Position numbers and translations under genes: made by a program
The notes under the pieces: model-generated
The model's input: only the letters and a program-made list of their open reading frames with translations
The model's database searches: none
What the model was told of the DNA's origin: nothing
Virus record (IMG/VR): IMGVR_UViG_3300047157_000016
Coordinates: 1 to 38,197 of that record
Reading direction: 5' to 3' (one strand)
DNA: 38,197 nucleotides
Source: a virus
Taxonomy: Duplodnaviria > Caudoviricetes
Shown: piece by piece, positions 34,357-38,197 of the stretch
Layout of the letters: each line of letters starts with the position of its first letter
How positions within the stretch are numbered: position 1 is the stretch's first letter

Positions 34357-36260
34357 CCGTTCATTGCCTTAGACAAATTAAGTATAGTTTCTGAGTTTAG
34401 ATGTTCTACTTCAGGTACATTACGTGCAGTTTCTGACTGTATACCTTTTATTCTTACCATCTTCTCAGCTAGTTCTAGTTGTTTCTTAGCTAAAGTTTCA
34501 TTAGATACTTTATCACCTGCATCTACTTGTAGCTTCTGTGCTTCTGCATATAGCTTATTAATGTCTGCTTTGAGTTCCTCTAGCTCAAGCATAGACTTCT
34601 GCATTTCTATTTGTTTAATTTGTTCTTGTTCTGGATTAGGCTGCATCATTTGATTAATTGCTTGTACTAACTGTGTTCTGTTAGACAGTGATGAGTTTTC
34701 AAATATACTCATTAATATAACAAAGAATGCAGGAGAACCTTGTGGTGTCATAGATAACAACTGTACCATCTGTGTTGTTTCTAATTCCTTAGCCATAATA
34801 CCCAGACTACTATAAGGTTTAAACTTAAAGTCTACTGCTGGATATCTTTCATTATCAAACTGTATACGTCTGTTTAAAGTCTTATTAATCATAGGAATCA
34901 AGAATGAATCTTGGAAATTCATTAGTGTTCTTTTCTGACGTTTGATAGATGCTGCTTGGAGCATTGACATACCACTAGCAGTTCCATTCCGAGGATTGGA
35001 AAAGTTACTGTTAGCTGTGTCCATAGCACCAGTACCCATCTGAACCATGCGTTCTAGCTCTGCTGCTTCGGTAAATGTCGACTGGGATAGACTACCAAAG
35101 TTCAGTGGCATTAGAACGGATTTAGGGTCGCCATTCGTAAGGATTGTCTTACCGGGACGGACATCAAATTTCGTTCCACGTGGTAGACGAGTGGCATCTA
35201 AACCCATCATTGGGTGTGTCGTGAGTGCTAAGGCGTCAATACGAGCTCTCAGTTCAGCATCTAAAGCTTTCTGTGGATTATATCCCTTTTCAGCTACACC
35301 CCTACCCCAGAACTTCGAGGGAACCCTGTCATTCTGATAGGCAACAAACGGTCTATCATTTAACATGTATGGGTTTTCTGCTGCTCTTAGTACGCAATCG
35401 TCATTAGCAATTGTAACAACTGCTTCAACTAACTCATCATCATTGTAGTCAAACTGGTCTACGCTGCTTGAGTTACCACTAAGAAATCTTTTAGGAACTA
35501 ATCCCCAATATTCTACAATCTTTACTTTGTCATCTTCATCAGAGTCACTAAACTCTTCATCAAAGCCAAAGTCTGCTTTGTCATAACTACCTAATGGCAT
35601 ATCATTATATATACCATCCTTCATACCCTTAGTAATCATATATCTTGGTTTAATTACTATGTGGGCGACACCTAATGCTTCATCTATTGTTGTAGCTGTA
35701 GGGTCAATAACAAATTCTTTTGGTGATACTGATTCTAACTTAACACATGTGTACGGTATTTCCTGTGTTCTAGTAGCAGTTGTCATGGTTCCCGGTACTG
35801 GCTCTTCAATAGCCACCATTTCCATTTTATCCTGTACTAATACCTTACCAATACCTGTACCAAATATAGCACCGTTAAGTAAACACTCTGCAATAGCGTC
35901 TTTTACTCCATCTTTTGTTAAATCTTCATGAAGTAAGTTACGTATGTACTCTGCGTCTTGTTTGTTTTGGTCAAGGATGTCATCTTCTAGGTCAAACCAA
36001 CGGTTGCCTCCAAAGATTGCTTCCTCTAATTCTGCTACTGTGGCTTCAATTGCCTGTGATGTGGCTGGAGAAATTAATTTACTCTTTTCTGACTGCCTTG
36101 TTTTGTCATCGTTTGCCCAAATACCACGCCATAATCTGTAATATTCGTCCCATTTAGACATATAGTTAGTATTCCTGTGGTCCTCCCACTGGTCTACTCT
36201 GTCTAACACCCATTCTCTTAACTGACTGTGTGGACTATCTAGGTAATCTTTCTCTTCCAT
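34353..36260 (-). CDS. Portal protein
   Basis: FGTGIGKV, FWGRGVAE, TASGMSML; lies between terL and scaffold. Confidence 0.9.
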   Translation of the reverse strand: MEEKDYLDSPHSQLREWVLDRVDQWEDHRNTNYMSKWDEYYRLWRGIWANDDKTRQSEKSKLISPATSQAIEATVAELEEAIFGGNRWFDLEDDILDQNKQDAEYIRNLLHEDLTKDGVKDAIAECLLNGAIFGTGIGKVLVQDKMEMVAIEEPVPGTMTTATRTQEIPYTCVKLESVSPKEFVIDPTATTIDEALGVAHIVIKPRYMITKGMKDGIYNDMPLGSYDKADFGFDEEFSDSDEDDKVKIVEYWGLVPKRFLSGNSSSVDQFDYNDDELVEAVVTIANDDCVLRAAENPYMLNDRPFVAYQNDRVPSKFWGRGVAEKGYNPQKALDAELRARIDALALTTHPMMGLDATRLPRGTKFDVRPGKTILTNGDPKSVLMPLNFGSLSQSTFTEAAELERMVQMGTGAMDTANSNFSNPRNGTASGMSMLQAASIKRQKRTLMNFQDSFLIPMINKTLNRRIQFDNERYPAVDFKFKPYSSLGIMAKELETTQMVQLLSMTPQGSPAFFVILMSIFENSSLSNRTQLVQAINQMMQPNPEQEQIKQIEMQKSMLELEELKADINKLYAEAQKLQVDAGDKVSNETLAKKQLELAEKMVRIKGIQSETARNVPEVEHLNSETILNLSKAMNG

Positions 36261-36263
36261 AAA

Positions 36264-37529
36264 TTAATATCCTGCTATTGCGTCCATTGGTTCCCATTCG
36301 TCTAGTTCTATGCTGCCTGCGTAGTCTGCTACACTGACTTGGTCTATATATGCAAGGCTATCCAGTAAGTCATCATGGCTAAGAGGGGAAGGGAAGTCCA
36401 TCATTTGGGAAATAAAGTAGTCATTCCAATCTGCCTTTCTAAATTTTATTTTACCATGCTCTAGTCGTCCTTGCAGCGACCATGTAATTCTATCTATCTT
36501 TCTTTTACCGCCATGAGTAACATCTGTTATGTTAACCCATCTACCGTGTGTCCTCATCTCATCTTCAAGATAAGGCATAATTGCGTTCTTTAACGCTCCG
36601 GCTTCAATTCCGACAGTAGTTGCTTGACTTTCAATTGCAGCCTGTAGTATTTTAAAAGCAGTTTCTTTAATACCCCATCTACCATGATATATATCCTTTA
36701 CTAACCATTCATCATTAACAATCTTAACTACTGATATTGCTGTTTCGTCTAACTTACTTGACTTTAAACCTCTGTCTTTACTTGCTGCTTCAAACCCTGC
36801 TGGGTCTACTGCAACTACATAATGACCTATTGTACCTTCCGCAAAGTCTGTTTCATTATCGACATACTTAATCCACTCTTCCTTAAATATTCCTCCTGTG
36901 AAGGACTCAAAGGTGGCTTCAAATTCCTGTCTGAACGCTTGAGTAGACATTGTACTCTTTGCAGCAGCGATTTCTTTGGGGTCCAGTAATGGATTATCTG
37001 TGGAATTAAATTGAAATGCTTGCCAGTCATTATCTTGTTGTGCTTCTATGTATAGCTTATAAAAATGATTCTTTCCTGCAGGGGTACCAATAAACATAGC
37101 ACCGCCTTTTACGTCTGCAAGAGTAGGTCTTAAAATCATTTCCCACACTTCAGGCTTCATACTGGCATATTCATCAAGTACAACGTACTCCAATCCTACA
37201 CCCCTCAAAGTATCTGGTCTATCTGAGCCTTTAAGGTATATCTTTCTGTCGTTGACTAAAGTTAACACTGCTGTGTTTTCGTGAGCAGCTTTTATAACAT
37301 CCTGCCCTAACTCCTTTAGCATACCCCACATAATATCTTTTGATTGTTGGAATGTGGGACCAACGTAAAATACGTCTTTGCTTTTGCTTTGTAGTGCTTT
37401 GATTAATAAAACCCAAGCAGCTAACCTTGACTTACCAAATCTTCTACCTGCTGAAACAACTTTAAAACGAGCAGGAGATTTAAATATCTCCATCTGAGCA
37501 TCATGAAGTGAAACTTTAATATCTGCCAT
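36264..37529 (-). CDS. terL: Terminase large subunit
   Basis: AGRRFGKS, LRGVGLEYVVLDE, IGTPAG, VAVDPA, HDDLLDSLAY. Confidence 0.95.
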   Translation of the reverse strand: MADIKVSLHDAQMEIFKSPARFKVVSAGRRFGKSRLAAWVLLIKALQSKSKDVFYVGPTFQQSKDIMWGMLKELGQDVIKAAHENTAVLTLVNDRKIYLKGSDRPDTLRGVGLEYVVLDEYASMKPEVWEMILRPTLADVKGGAMFIGTPAGKNHFYKLYIEAQQDNDWQAFQFNSTDNPLLDPKEIAAAKSTMSTQAFRQEFEATFESFTGGIFKEEWIKYVDNETDFAEGTIGHYVVAVDPAGFEAASKDRGLKSSKLDETAISVVKIVNDEWLVKDIYHGRWGIKETAFKILQAAIESQATTVGIEAGALKNAIMPYLEDEMRTHGRWVNITDVTHGGKRKIDRITWSLQGRLEHGKIKFRKADWNDYFISQMMDFPSPLSHDDLLDSLAYIDQVSVADYAGSIELDEWEPMDAIAGY

Positions 37530-37903
37530 TATTCGTCTATGGCATCTATTACTTCACCTTCAAAGGTAGCTTGTTCCTCTGCTTCCTGCTTTTCTATTGC
37601 CTTTACGGATTCAACAATAATATTTATTCCTAAATCCTGGTGTTCGTGTTTTATTTCAACAGCTTTATGTGCTGGAACAATTCTATCCATGCACATCTTT
37701 AAACAATGTCTATCACCTTTTAAGGCTAACTCAATAACCTTGTCCACAATCTCTGGACCTCTCGCTGATAATACTTCTCTGCTTAAAGCTGTATATTTGT
37801 TTACTGAACCTACGGGTCTGCCAGCTGGATTCAATGAAGGCATGCCCTTGTATAAGTTGGGATTACCTGCTTTTCTTTTAGGTTTTGTTTCGTCCTTTGG
37901 CAT
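37529..37903 (-). CDS. terS: Terminase small subunit
   Basis: SLNPAGRPVGSVNK motif, immediately upstream of terL. Confidence 0.75.
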   Translation of the reverse strand: MPKDETKPKRKAGNPNLYKGMPSLNPAGRPVGSVNKYTALSREVLSARGPEIVDKVIELALKGDRHCLKMCMDRIVPAHKAVEIKHEHQDLGINIIVESVKAIEKQEAEEQATFEGEVIDAIDE

Positions 37904-37942
37904 ACCTTTGTCCTGTGTTAAAAAGGGAGGTTCTATACCCCT

Positions 37943-37971
37943 ATTATACCACGCTTTGCTGGTAATTGCAA
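37943..37971 (-). promoter_or_regulatory. Sigma70-type promoter of the structural arm
   Basis: On the - strand TTGCAA, 17-bp spacer, TATAAT, with extended -10 TG. Confidence 0.8.
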
Positions 37972-38069
37972 GAACTTTCTATAAATAGCCACTTTTTGTA
38001 CCTTCGGATTAGTAAAATTGTAATTACATTGTAGGTCCAAATCCCATCTCATGTGCTAATGAGCTACAC

Positions 38070-38197
38070 CGGAGTGCGTGCGTTTTTCCATAGATGGGTC
38101 CCCATTGGCTCTACGTGGCAAAAAGTGGCAATGACTGGCAATTCATGGCAATGGGTGGCTAAGGGTGGAAAATTGGAGATAAATGTGCGAGTGATTG
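38070..38197. repeat. Right direct terminal repeat (128 bp)
   Basis: Identical to 1-128. Confidence 0.9.

Noticed and set aside
1458-37988. Antisense and alternate-frame ORFs in the track (e.g. 3548..3865, 5969..6379, 10258..10665, 23624..23953, 37539..37988)
   Set aside because: They shadow well-supported genes and have no convincing RBS or motifs. 11431..11622 (-) is better explained by the + strand peptides.

Overview
The window is an apparently complete 38.2 kb, AT-rich lytic podovirus genome bounded by a 128-bp direct terminal repeat (1-128 = 38070-38197). It has two convergent arms. The + arm (285-12192) carries small early genes, an HhH DNA glycosylase-like gene, SSB, T7-like primase-helicase, DNA polymerase A, nucleases and a class II (B12-dependent) ribonucleotide reductase. 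The - arm (37903-12167) carries terminase, portal, scaffold, capsid, tail fibres, membrane/lysis genes, tail tube and ejection proteins. I see no phage RNA polymerase, integrase, reverse transcriptase, tRNA or CRISPR. The layout resembles marine Zobellviridae/cobavirus-like phages (inference). The most interesting signals are: (1) a near-consensus Fur box between the first sigma70 promoter and the monocistronic first gene; (2) four copies of the palindrome GCATAACATGTTATGC in early intergenic sites, two of which bracket the glycosylase-like gene; (3) a three-gene module of exported/membrane proteins including a nidogen(NIDO)-like protein; (4) TGGC repeated at exact 10-bp phase inside the terminal repeat; (5) unannotated clusters of tiny basic (AT-hook) and membrane peptides. 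The large lectin-type tail fibre gene (25989-30361) is broken by many indels, most likely consensus errors over a hypervariable island. All family assignments come from motif recognition by eye, not database searches.
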